From Clostridia bacterium (GTDB taxonomy: Bacteria > Bacillota > Clostridia > Oscillospirales > CAG-272), in the NCBI GenBank assembly GCA_017464805.1, contig JAFTYE010000014.1:8476-72475 (forward strand): DNA of 64,000 nucleotides, given 5' to 3'. A model generated the notes under the pieces. That model saw only the letters and a list, made by a program, of their open reading frames with translations, had not been told where the DNA came from and searched no databases. Below, in pieces: positions 45,152 through 54,289 of the stretch. The number at the start of each line of letters is the position of its first letter. Positions within the stretch are counted from its first letter, which is position 1. Made by a program: the position numbers and the translations under genes.

Positions 45152-48100
45152 TCAGACTTCGTAGTTTTTGACATACTCTTTTACGAGGTCGGAATAACCG
45201 TCAAGCGCGCCGGGATCCTTTTCGCTGATCTCCTTGAGGTAAGCAAGGTAAGCATCAATCGAATCGTCGATCGTTTTTTCACGATCATCTTCCAGCACAG
45301 GCAGGTCGAATTCTTCGCGTTTTCTGGTGATCTCCTTATTGATCGTCTTCACATAACCCTCGAGCTGCTCAACAGGCTCAAGGCCATCGTTGTAGGAGTT
45401 CAGGAAGGCAAATTCAAGATAACGGTCAATGATGTAAGCACCGGGATAGTTCGGGATAAGCGCAAGCTCCTGGAACTGGCTGTAAAGCTCATTATACTCT
45501 TCGGTCGTCCAGGACATCTTGAGTAGTGCGTTCATATTTGCGGTAGCATATTTTGCAGAAGGACCGATCAAGGATACCATGTTGTTACCGTAGTAGGACT
45601 GCACGTCAGGGCTGACCTGCCACTTAATAAACTCCCAAGAGGAGTCGGCATCCTCAACACCGTTCATCATGATAACGGCGGTAACGCCTGCAATGGAGGT
45701 CTGGTAGTTCTTGCCGTCCGAGCGAACGGTACCGGGAACCTTGGTAAACATCCACAGACCACGGATCTCGGTTGCAAATACGGTCAGCTGGTTGTACATA
45801 CCGACCGCATCCGAGATAACCAAGGGCATCTCACCTGTACGGAATCGGTTTGCCGCATCGAAGGTTACGGGGAAGCCGTAGTCGGTGTAGAAACGGCACA
45901 TGTACTTAAAGGTATCGAGTGCGGTATTGGTACCGTAACCGATGGTCATATAATCAAAGTAGGAAGAAAACTTTTCATCCTGCATCAAGTCGGTGTACTT
46001 GGTTCCCTCATACTGAGTACCGACAAACTCCTCGGTTCCGTAACCGGAACCTCCCTTTTCCCAACGATCGCCGCCCGCCTGATAGAGGAACATATTATAG
46101 TTTCTGGTCAGACCGATCAACATGTTGGAGGACTGCAGGACCGGCACGGCGGTCAGGAGGTCATCCCAGGTCTGGGGAACGGAAATGCCGAGGTTTGCGA
46201 GTGCATCCTTACGGTAGAACATCATGGAGAAGGATACGGTTTCGGGAACACCGTAATACTCGCCAAGCATGATCAGCGGGCCCATACAGGCATCGTTGAA
46301 GTCATTGAGGATCTCGGAGTCCTGCTCAACGTATTTGGTGATTGGAACAACAGCACTACGAATCGCATAGTTGATAACGCTGCTACTATCCAGACCCATG
46401 TAGACATCAGGACCCTGCTTTGCAAGAACGGAAGGAAGCAGTGTGCCGGCGGTAACCAGCTTCAGGTCTATGGCGATGCCGGTATCGGCGGTAAATTCGG
46501 AGTTGAAGATACCGCGCCAGATGTTGGCCTGGTCACGACCGGTAGCAAGCCACACCTCGATGCTCTTATCAGACACATCTACGATATCGTCGGTAATACC
46601 CATTTGGTCGTAATCAACGAAGAAGCTCATAAAGAAGGAGGAAATTTCAAAGCCAATGGACTGGAGGAAGGAGGCATTTTCAGGGTACTTCTTCTCATCA
46701 AGCTGCGCCTCGTAGGAAGCCTCGTAGGTGGTTTCGCCCACACCGCAAACAACGATGTAGTCCATCATCAGAGACTGCTGCTTGGAGCTGTTAAGCCAAG
46801 TACCGAGGGTACCGATGTAGGACTTGAGGTCGCTTAAGTTTGCGGCAATCTTGTCCTCATGATAACCCATCGTATAGAGTAGAAAGGAGACCTTATCCAA
46901 GGTCGCAACGTGTGCACCCTTAGAGCCGCTGAGCTCAGTCAATTCCTTGGACACGCCGTCCAAAACCTTGTACTGACGAAGCAGATTACGCACGGTCTCG
47001 GGCATAACGCGGCTAAACTTGTAGTCGCGGTATTCATCGGGCTCTGCGCCGGTCAACTTCAGGATCTCCAAATAGCAGTTGTTGATAATGTTCAACGAAT
47101 CCTCGACCGTTTCAATCGTTTCTGCCAGAGTACCCAAGCTGACGTCCAGTGCCATGGTGTACTCTACTCCTTTTTGGAAGTAGAATTGGAAGACACTTTC
47201 GCCGTCGCCGAGCGTGGCGATCTGCCATGCCTTATCATAATTGAAGCGGGCGTTGTAGGCCTCCGCGAAGGGAACGGCTAGCGTATCACCGTAGATACCG
47301 CCTGCCAAGCGGATGGTGCGGGAGGTATACATACCTGCCAGCTTATCCTGCTTGCAACGGATGGAGATGCTGTAGAGGCCGTCCTCGGGAACCGTGAACT
47401 TGTAGCTTGCCCACTGTCCGATCGTATCGTAGCTGGTATTACCCAGCACGTTCAAAAGCTGAGAACCGGAGGAAATCGGGGAATTGACCGCGGAGGAGCG
47501 ATCATTTGCCGCGAACACAGAGGTGTCGGATACACGGTAAGGCTTCTCTGCCTCAAAGCGGATCTGCGCGTCCGAAGAGGCTGCCTGCCAACCGTTTGCC
47601 TCGTACATGGCCAGCACGTCCTCATAGGACTGTGCTTCCTCATAGGGGTAGAGGCGAATGGAGTCGATGTACATGGACTCACGGGTAGAGGTCAATGCCA
47701 ACGTGTGGGTCACATTGCTCTTTCCTTCGTTGTCGAACACGAACTCAAAGGCCCCCTGATAGAAGCCGTTGGGATCGGTGAAGCTGACGGTCGTCCATTC
47801 GGGAGCAGTCACGGCACTCGGCTTGATCTCGTTGCCATTGATATCCTGCTTGAAGGTGGGATTGCCATCTTCATCCAGCGGATACTCGTATTCCCAGATC
47901 TTGGACAGGGTCAGATATCTGGCCTGGTCGAAGGGGACCTTGCCGTTTATGTACAGGGTACGCTCGATCGACGTGGAGTTCTCACCGAGAGGATAGTACA
48001 CAATCTCCATGGCGTAGCGGCCGGTCTGGGGAATGGTGACTTCCCAGGTCAACGTGCCGTTCGCGGGAGAAAGCAGAACATCCTCACGGTCGGCATACGA

Positions 48101-48487
48101 GCCGAGGCGAACAGCGACCTCACTCTCCGTCACGTACACGATAGCACCCGCATCGTCGACGTAGTAGAACGAAGACTTCTCCTTGTCGTAGCGGTAGGTA
48201 TACTTGCCGTCAGAGTAAGAGAATACGTCCTTCGCATCCAGGACGATAGCCTCCGCTCCCTTCTCGTAAACGGTGATTTGATTGCCGGCGTTATCGGTGG
48301 TATAGAACTTCGAGCTATACTCCAAATACGACGCGGCGTTCAGAATGGCCTTCAGCTCCTCGGACGAGGTTCCACCGATCAAACTGTCGGACGTTGAGGC
48401 GGCCGACGTGGAAACGCCGAATGCGCCGCACAGCATCAAGACAGCCAGAAACAGGGCCATTATGCGAACGGTTCCGGTTCTCTTCAT
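45152..48487 (-). CDS. 1111-aa extracellular solute-binding protein with a long N-terminal carbohydrate-binding-module-like extension
   Basis: Signal peptide. The N-terminal about 600 aa is beta-rich and CBM-like. The C-terminal about 450 aa is a family-1 SBP-like region (IEVWLATGRDQANIW...LKLVTAGTLLPSVLAKQGPDVYMG). Confidence 0.7.
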   Translation of the reverse strand: MKRTGTVRIMALFLAVLMLCGAFGVSTSAASTSDSLIGGTSSEELKAILNAASYLEYSSKFYTTDNAGNQITVYEKGAEAIVLDAKDVFSYSDGKYTYRYDKEKSSFYYVDDAGAIVYVTESEVAVRLGSYADREDVLLSPANGTLTWEVTIPQTGRYAMEIVYYPLGENSTSIERTLYINGKVPFDQARYLTLSKIWEYEYPLDEDGNPTFKQDINGNEIKPSAVTAPEWTTVSFTDPNGFYQGAFEFVFDNEGKSNVTHTLALTSTRESMYIDSIRLYPYEEAQSYEDVLAMYEANGWQAASSDAQIRFEAEKPYRVSDTSVFAANDRSSAVNSPISSGSQLLNVLGNTSYDTIGQWASYKFTVPEDGLYSISIRCKQDKLAGMYTSRTIRLAGGIYGDTLAVPFAEAYNARFNYDKAWQIATLGDGESVFQFYFQKGVEYTMALDVSLGTLAETIETVEDSLNIINNCYLEILKLTGAEPDEYRDYKFSRVMPETVRNLLRQYKVLDGVSKELTELSGSKGAHVATLDKVSFLLYTMGYHEDKIAANLSDLKSYIGTLGTWLNSSKQQSLMMDYIVVCGVGETTYEASYEAQLDEKKYPENASFLQSIGFEISSFFMSFFVDYDQMGITDDIVDVSDKSIEVWLATGRDQANIWRGIFNSEFTADTGIAIDLKLVTAGTLLPSVLAKQGPDVYMGLDSSSVINYAIRSAVVPITKYVEQDSEILNDFNDACMGPLIMLGEYYGVPETVSFSMMFYRKDALANLGISVPQTWDDLLTAVPVLQSSNMLIGLTRNYNMFLYQAGGDRWEKGGSGYGTEEFVGTQYEGTKYTDLMQDEKFSSYFDYMTIGYGTNTALDTFKYMCRFYTDYGFPVTFDAANRFRTGEMPLVISDAVGMYNQLTVFATEIRGLWMFTKVPGTVRSDGKNYQTSIAGVTAVIMMNGVEDADSSWEFIKWQVSPDVQSYYGNNMVSLIGPSAKYATANMNALLKMSWTTEEYNELYSQFQELALIPNYPGAYIIDRYLEFAFLNSYNDGLEPVEQLEGYVKTINKEITRKREEFDLPVLEDDREKTIDDSIDAYLAYLKEISEKDPGALDGYSDLVKEYVKNYEV

Positions 48488-48622
48488 GAATTTTTCCTCC
48501 TAGAATTTTCGAAGCGATGCTCCATTTAGCGACAAAAACCGCCGTTTTGAGCAAAAAAGGCGAGGCAATGCGCGCCATCGTCAAAAGGGCATGGTTCGTG
48601 CCAAGCTAATAATGATAGGAAT

Positions 48623-48651
48623 ATCTTAACACATTTGGCGTGGAAAGTCAA
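48623..48651 (-). promoter_or_regulatory. Candidate promoter of the ABC operon
   Basis: TTGACT, 17-nt spacer, TAAGAT on the minus strand, about 135 nt upstream of the SBP start. Confidence 0.35.
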
Positions 48652-49047
48652 GTAAAAAAATAGCGCAAAAGCCCCTTGCCGATTGCGAAAAACGCTGTTT
48701 TTTCCGCTTTTCTACACAAAAAAATCGGTCAAAAAAACAGTTTTCCGTCGCCTTTTTTGTTTTGTTTACATTCAAAATAGCTATAATGTCATTGAAATTT
48801 ACTTTTTTGTCCCACATATCCCTGTTTTTCAGATTATTTTTGCTCATAGTTAAACAATATTTACTTTTTTCCATCACGAAATCTCCGAATCGAAAAAAAT
48901 GATGTTTTTTCAACGTTTTGGTGAAATTGCACAAAAATTCGTTCAAAATTTCTACATATCGACGAAACATGTGCAATCCCTCCTCCCGGGGTATTCTCAC
49001 CTCCCGTTTAGCGATGGCACGCGGAGGCATACCACACGAGAAGAAAA

Positions 49048-49074
49048 GGACCGACCTCGAAATGAGGTCGGTCC
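49048..49074. terminator. Terminator after gltX
   Basis: GGACCGACCTC-GAAAT-GAGGTCGGTCC with flanking A/T runs. Confidence 0.8.
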
Positions 49075-49083
49075 GCGTTTTTA

Positions 49084-50541
49084 TCAAAGCTTTTCGAGGG
49101 CAATTCTGATGCGTGCAAGGCTCTCTTCCCTGCCAACAACGGTCATGATCTCGGTAGCACCGCCCGGGGTGACGGACATACCGGACACGGAAATTCTCAC
49201 CGCCCACATCACAGCTCCGCTCTTGCAGGCAAGCAACTCTGCCACCGAAAGGAGTGCGGTATAGAGCGTGTCGTTATTCCATGCGGATACCGCAGAAAGG
49301 ACAGGGAGAGCGGCCTCAAGGACCTGCTTAGCAAGATCGAGGGTTACCTTATTCTTCTTATTTTCGAAGAGGTCAGGCTCATACTCCGGAAGTGCGCGGA
49401 AGAAGGCACACTTCTCTTCCACCTCGCCGAGCTTGCCGATGCGTCCTTGCAGAAGACGAAGGGCGGCATCGGTGTCCACACCTGCGGGCAGCGGTGTTTT
49501 GAGGAACGGAAGGGCCAGCCGACGGAAATGCTCGAAGTCGAGCTTTTTGATATACTCGCCGTTAAACCACAGAAGCTTATCAAAGTCGAAGACGGAGGGG
49601 GATTTGTTGACACCCGCGATATCAAAGGCGGCCTCCAGCTCGGGAAGTGTGAAGAATTCCGTTTCTGCCATCTCACCCTTGGGAGCCCAGCCGAGCAGGG
49701 CGATATAGTTGACGATCGCTTCGGGCAGGTATCCGTCTGCCACCAGATCCTCAAAGCTGACCGCGCCGTGGCGCTTGGAAAGCTTGGAGATCGTGCCGTC
49801 AGCTCCCTTCCCCATCAGAAGGGGCAGGTGGACATAGGTGGGGCGTTCCCATCCGTAGGCATCGTACAGGAGCACGTATTTGGGGGTAGAGGTGAGGTAT
49901 TCACTGCCGCGCACGACATGCGTGACGCCCATGAGGTAGTCGTCTACCACGTGACAGAAGTTGTAGGTGGGATATCCGTCCGCCTTCATCAGGATTTGAT
50001 CCTGCAACTCCTCGTTCTCTACCGAGATCTCACCGAAAACGGAGTCGGTGTAAGAGGTTGTGCCTGTCAGAGGCATTTTCTGACGGATAACGAAGGGCTT
50101 GCCCTCTGCCAGATTTTTTTCAACCTCTTCGGGAGATAGGTCGCGACAATGGCGGTCATAGCCGCCCGTGGCGTCCTCCTCATGCAGCTGCTCAAGGCGT
50201 TCCTTAGTGCAGAAGCAATAGTAGGCCGCACCGAGGTCTACCAGCTTTTTGGCATATTCCATATAAATGGGCTTGCGCTCACTCTGCACATAGGGGCCGT
50301 GCTCTCCCCCAACACCGGGTCCTTCATCGTAGGTGATGCCGGTGGTGGCAAGCGTGCGGATGATGACATCAGTCGCGCCCTCCACAAAGCGTTCACGGTC
50401 GGTATCCTCGATGCGGAGGATAAACTTACCGCCGCCGTGGCGGGCAATCAAATAGGAATAGAGGGCGGTACGCAGATTGCCGATATGCATATAGCCCGTG
50501 GGGCTGGGGGCGAATCGGGATACAACGGGTTTCTCTCTCAC
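49084..50541 (-). CDS. gltX: Glutamate--tRNA ligase
   Basis: HIGH motif (SPTGYMHIGNLRTAL) and KMSKS-type motif (KLSKRHG). GTG start. Confidence 0.95.
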   Translation of the reverse strand: MREKPVVSRFAPSPTGYMHIGNLRTALYSYLIARHGGGKFILRIEDTDRERFVEGATDVIIRTLATTGITYDEGPGVGGEHGPYVQSERKPIYMEYAKKLVDLGAAYYCFCTKERLEQLHEEDATGGYDRHCRDLSPEEVEKNLAEGKPFVIRQKMPLTGTTSYTDSVFGEISVENEELQDQILMKADGYPTYNFCHVVDDYLMGVTHVVRGSEYLTSTPKYVLLYDAYGWERPTYVHLPLLMGKGADGTISKLSKRHGAVSFEDLVADGYLPEAIVNYIALLGWAPKGEMAETEFFTLPELEAAFDIAGVNKSPSVFDFDKLLWFNGEYIKKLDFEHFRRLALPFLKTPLPAGVDTDAALRLLQGRIGKLGEVEEKCAFFRALPEYEPDLFENKKNKVTLDLAKQVLEAALPVLSAVSAWNNDTLYTALLSVAELLACKSGAVMWAVRISVSGMSVTPGGATEIMTVVGREESLARIRIALEKL

Positions 50542-50575
50542 GGTGTTACCTTCTTTCTATACGTTTCACGAACAT

Positions 50576-50604
50576 ATTGTAGCATGCTTTTTCCGTTTCG
50601 TCAA
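50576..50604 (-). promoter_or_regulatory. Promoter of gltX
   Basis: TTGACG, 17-nt spacer, TACAAT on the minus strand. Confidence 0.6.
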
Positions 50605-50623
50605 CGGCGTTTTGGCTTTTATT

Positions 50624-50842
50624 TCAAGCGTTGCCGCTCGACTTTCCCTTTTGCAGCTTTTCACGGGTGCCGTCGGGACGCTCGATGTAGGTGTTTTCCA
50701 GCGTGCCGCGCAATCCCGCACGGAACTCCGCGATATAGGCGGCGCGCAGGGCGGCCTGCTCGGTTTTTTCTTCCTCGGTGAGGCCTTCGGCCTTGGACTT
50801 GCGCGCGAGGTGGTTGATGCGGTCGATCTGTTCCTTTTCCAT
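50624..50842 (-). CDS. DUF896 (UPF0291, YnzC-like) small protein
   Basis: INHLARKSKAEGLTEEEKTEQAALRAAY pattern. Confidence 0.75.
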   Translation of the reverse strand: MEKEQIDRINHLARKSKAEGLTEEEKTEQAALRAAYIAEFRAGLRGTLENTYIERPDGTREKLQKGKSSGNA

Positions 50843-50856
50843 GGTTTATCCTTTCG

Positions 50857-51783
50857 TTATTTCGGGGCAGATTCCTTGCTGTAATGCACAATGGAGTCAT
50901 ATTCCTTATTGATATTCGATACGGCAGTGCTACTCATTTCCGCGCGAAAATCCCGTGGGCACATGCCCGTATAACGACGGAACATGCGCGAAAAATATTG
51001 CGGGCTTTCAAATTGCAGGCGCGCGGCAATATCGGCAATACTGCCCTCCCCTGCCATGATCTCTTGCTTGGCCGCTTCCATTTTGCGGCAGAGATACCAG
51101 TGCATGATGCTGTCGCCGTGGACGCGACGAAAAATCGCACTTAAACGGCTTTTTCCGTAGTGAAAATGCTCACACAGTGTTGCCAGATCCACATTATCGT
51201 ACAAATGCTCCTCCAGATAGGTGCGAACATCCTCGGCGAGCTGTGCCTCAAATTCCTTGTGCGAGGTGTAAAAGCTGGCCTGCTTGCTCTTTGCTTCCTC
51301 ACGCAGGATGCCGATGATAAACTGTTCGAGATAAGAGCCGATCATCTGCTGACTGCCAATCTGTGCGTCGTCCCGCACCGTCAGGGGGTACATGCGGGGG
51401 GTGAAGCAGGCACCGCGCTCCTTGATGGTGTTATCAATCAGGGGAATCAGCTCGTCCGGCACACGGATACGGCGGTCGGCGATCGCCTCCATGGCGGGGG
51501 ATTCGCAAACAAAGGTAACGATAAAGAAGGAGGGTGGTGTTTTGCCATCGCCCTTGTGCGTATGGATGACGTTGGGGGAATGGAAGATCACTTCGCCGGC
51601 TGTCATGCGCTCGCTCTTGCCGTCGGCCACGTAAACAAGCGCGCCGCGGCGAACATAGACCATTTCCCAGAAATTGTGGCTTTCCGTGCCCGAAACGAAG
51701 CCCATTTCCCTCTCATCCGTGAAGCAGGTAACGATTTTTTTAATGCGGACGAGGTTGGTGAGCTGAACGCGAATATATTTCAT
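50857..51783 (-). CDS. AraC-family transcriptional regulator (cupin N-terminal domain)
   Basis: HTH LQFESPQYFSRMFRRYTGMCPRDF. The ATG at 51783 follows GGAGGG; the 51897 extension was rejected. Confidence 0.8.
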   Translation of the reverse strand: MKYIRVQLTNLVRIKKIVTCFTDEREMGFVSGTESHNFWEMVYVRRGALVYVADGKSERMTAGEVIFHSPNVIHTHKGDGKTPPSFFIVTFVCESPAMEAIADRRIRVPDELIPLIDNTIKERGACFTPRMYPLTVRDDAQIGSQQMIGSYLEQFIIGILREEAKSKQASFYTSHKEFEAQLAEDVRTYLEEHLYDNVDLATLCEHFHYGKSRLSAIFRRVHGDSIMHWYLCRKMEAAKQEIMAGEGSIADIAARLQFESPQYFSRMFRRYTGMCPRDFRAEMSSTAVSNINKEYDSIVHYSKESAPK

Positions 51784-51942
51784 AACATACCCTCCGTTTT
51801 TAAGGAGTGGAAGATTGTGCAACAAGAAAAAACGATAATCACTTTGCATTTCGACGTGATTATTGTACCATATTCGTAGTGGAATTGCAATATGCAAATT
51901 TCAAATTCGACTTTATTTTCAAGCAAAAGGGAGAATACGGTT

Positions 51943-52962
51943 ATGCAGGAAACGAAGATTGCCATTCTCGGCTACGGCGGCATTGCCCGCGCCCACATGA
52001 ACGGCTACAATATTCTGAAAAAGAAGGGTGCCCCCATCCGCGTGGTCGCCCTGTGCGACGCAGACGACACACAGTTTGAAAAGGACATCAAGATCAATGT
52101 GGACACCGGCGCGCAAGAGGAAGAAAAGTCCTGGCGCACTTACACAGACCTTGACGAGATGCTTGCCAAGGAAGAGATCGACACGGTGGACATTTGCGTG
52201 CCGACCTATCTGCACAAGGAATACACCGTTCGCCTGCTTCGTGCAGGCAAAAACGTACAGTGCGAGAAGCCGATGGCCCTTACCGCCGCGGATTGCGCGG
52301 AGATGATCGCCACTGCGCGGGAGTGCAGCAAGCACCTGATGGTCGGACAATGCCTGCGCTTCTGCGGACATTATCTCGCCTTGAAGGCAGAATTGGACAG
52401 CGGCAAGCACGGCAAGGTGATGACCGCACGCTTCGAGCGTCTTTCTCCCCTGCCAACCTGGGGCTTTGACAACTGGTTCGTCGATTTCGCTCGTTCGGGT
52501 GGTGAAATGCTGGACATGAGCATCCACGACTACGACATGGCGCGTTTCCTTTTCGGCGAGCCCGAAAAGGTTTCCGCCGTGACCTGTGATCGCGAGATCC
52601 ATGAGCAGACCTCAAACGGCCGTCTATACTACAAGGACGGCCTAATCGTGACGGTGGACGGTAGCTGGGCCGAGAGCAAGACCTTCCCCTTCTCCTGCCC
52701 CTTCCGCGTGGTTTGCGAGAAGGCGACTATCGCCTGGAACGGTTGTGACAAGGTGCGCGTCTACCCGAACGAGGGCGAGGCATACGACCTTGACTACGAA
52801 AACGAGGATTACATGGCCGAAGAGGCTCTGTTCTTTGCCAAGGTGACACAGGGCGAGGTCAAAAACGAAAAGAACCCGCCCGAATCGGCCATGCAAACCG
52901 TTGCCCTGATCGAAAAATTAAAGGAAAGTGCCGCGTGTGGCGGCGCGATCCTTGGATATTAA
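51943..52962 (+). CDS. Gfo/Idh/MocA family oxidoreductase
   Basis: KIAILGYGGIARAH Rossmann N-terminus and VQCEKPMA motif. The ATG at 51943 follows AAGGGAGAA. Confidence 0.85.
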   Translation: MQETKIAILGYGGIARAHMNGYNILKKKGAPIRVVALCDADDTQFEKDIKINVDTGAQEEEKSWRTYTDLDEMLAKEEIDTVDICVPTYLHKEYTVRLLRAGKNVQCEKPMALTAADCAEMIATARECSKHLMVGQCLRFCGHYLALKAELDSGKHGKVMTARFERLSPLPTWGFDNWFVDFARSGGEMLDMSIHDYDMARFLFGEPEKVSAVTCDREIHEQTSNGRLYYKDGLIVTVDGSWAESKTFPFSCPFRVVCEKATIAWNGCDKVRVYPNEGEAYDLDYENEDYMAEEALFFAKVTQGEVKNEKNPPESAMQTVALIEKLKESAACGGAILGY

Positions 52963-52975
52963 GGAGAAAAAGACA

Positions 52976-53809
52976 ATGTACAACATTGGTGCCATGCTCA
53001 ACTGTCACGGAAAGGATTTTGATTTCTACCGTGCTTTTTCCGAAGCAAAGGAGATGGGACTTTCCAGCTGTCAGATCTCCATTTGGGATCCCACCCTTTA
53101 TACCGACGAGAACGCAAAAGCCATCAACGACGCTTGCGCAGCTCTGGATTTCAAGGTTTCCTGTCTGTGGGCGGGCTATACCGGTCCGTGCGAGTGGAAC
53201 TTTATAGACGGTCCCGGGACGATCGGTCTTGTACCGCATGAATTCCGTGCCATGCGTCTCGAACAGCTGGCGCAGGCTTCCGTGTTTGCCGAAAAGATCG
53301 GCGTAACCGACATCGCCACGCACGTTGGCTTTATTCCCGAGAATCCGAATACCACCGAGTATCGCGATCTGATTGCTTCCCTGCGCTGGTTGTGCCGTAT
53401 CTACAAGGCGCGCGGACAGAACTTCCTGTTTGAGACGGGTCAGGAGACCCCCATCACCGTTCTGCGCTCGATCGAGGAAATCGGAACGGGCAACGCGTTC
53501 ATCAACTTTGACACTGCGAACGTGATGCTGTACGGCAAGGGCAATCCCGTGGATGCCATTCGCGTATTCGGCAAATACGTCCGCAACACGCACATCAAGG
53601 ACGGCTCCTACCCCACCGATGGCAAGCATCTCGGACGTGAGACAAAGGTAGGCGAGGGGCTGGCGGACTTCCCTACCATCTTGAAGATGTTGAAGGAATG
53701 CGGCTATACCGGCCCGTACACCATCGAGCGTGAGATCACGGGCGACCGACAGAAGCAGGACATTGCCGACACTGCTGCTTACCTCAAGAGCATTCTGGAT
53801 ACGCTTTGA
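52976..53809 (+). CDS. Sugar phosphate isomerase/epimerase (xylose-isomerase-like TIM barrel) family protein
   Basis: 277 aa with family-typical blocks (THVGFIPE, FLFETGQE, INFDTANV). The ATG at 52976 follows AAGGAG. Confidence 0.75.
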   Translation: MYNIGAMLNCHGKDFDFYRAFSEAKEMGLSSCQISIWDPTLYTDENAKAINDACAALDFKVSCLWAGYTGPCEWNFIDGPGTIGLVPHEFRAMRLEQLAQASVFAEKIGVTDIATHVGFIPENPNTTEYRDLIASLRWLCRIYKARGQNFLFETGQETPITVLRSIEEIGTGNAFINFDTANVMLYGKGNPVDAIRVFGKYVRNTHIKDGSYPTDGKHLGRETKVGEGLADFPTILKMLKECGYTGPYTIEREITGDRQKQDIADTAAYLKSILDTL

Positions 53810-53831
53810 TGCGACTTGATCGAAACGAACG

Positions 53832-53858
53832 AAGGCACCGCTGTAGCGGTGCCTTTTT
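53832..53858 (+). terminator. Intrinsic terminator
   Basis: AAGGCACCGC-TGTA-GCGGTGCCTT followed by TTT. Confidence 0.8.
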
Positions 53859-53874
53859 CGCTTTGCAAGGAGGA

Positions 53875-53995
53875 GCGCGCCGAAAGGATAACTCCGCCGC
53901 GCTCCGTGTCACCGCTTCGCGGCGATCGAACCTTCCGCGCTTCGCGCAAGGCTCGATCTGTGGGCAGGCCAAAAAAAGAACACACCCACGGGTGC
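53875..53995. repeat. Tandem repeat unit A (121 bp) built from tRNA-Arg-derived fragments plus a terminator copy
   Basis: Aligns with unit B at an offset of 151 bp with only a few mismatches. It ends ...GGCTCGATCTGTGGGCAGGCCAAAAAAAGAACACACCCACGGGTGC. Confidence 0.85.
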
Positions 53996-54025
53996 TCGTC
54001 GACTGCAAAGCGCAAGCGCGCCAAG

Positions 54026-54146
54026 GCGCGCCGAAAGGATAACGTCGCTTCGCTCCGTGTCACCGCTTCGCGGCGATCGAACCTTCCGCGCTTCGCGCAA
54101 GGCTCGATCTGTGGGCAGGCCAAAAAAAGAACGCACCCACGGGTGC
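54026..54146. repeat. Tandem repeat unit B (121 bp)
   Basis: See unit A. Its 3' end forms a 54-nt palindrome with the real tRNA 3' end (54113-54166). Confidence 0.85.
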
Positions 54147-54151
54147 GTTCT
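54128..54151. terminator. Bidirectional terminator downstream of tRNA-Arg
   Basis: AGAACGCACC / GGTGCGTTCT stem flanked by A7 and T7 runs. Confidence 0.75.
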
Positions 54152-54156
54152 TTTTT

Positions 54157-54233
54157 TGGCCTGCCCGAAAGGATTCGAACCTTCGGCCTCAAGAGTCGGA
54201 GTCTTGCGCTCTATCCAGCTGGGCTACGGGCAG
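54157..54233 (-). tRNA. tRNA-Arg (anticodon CCG), CCA encoded
   Basis: Hand-folded. Acceptor CTGCCCG/CGGGCAG. D arm GCCC..GAGC, with one C:A mismatch. Anticodon arm CAAGA-CTCCGAC-TCTTG. T arm GAAGG-TTCGAAT-CCTTT. Discriminator G, then CCA. Confidence 0.8.
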
Positions 54234-54289
54234 ATACTTGGATATTGTAGCACAAAAAAGAAAAAAAGTAAAGGGGAAATTTATATTTT

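Noticed and set aside
48626-49207. 193-aa minus-strand ORF from the track
   Set aside because: Its first 79 codons overlap the gltX 3' end and terminator hairpin. Only the internal 114-codon part has an RBS, and even that is doubtful (reported as a low-interest finding).
53875-54146. Possible CRISPR-like array
   Set aside because: There are only two repeat units of 121 bp with a 30-bp gap. The units are tRNA/terminator-derived and no cas genes are present.
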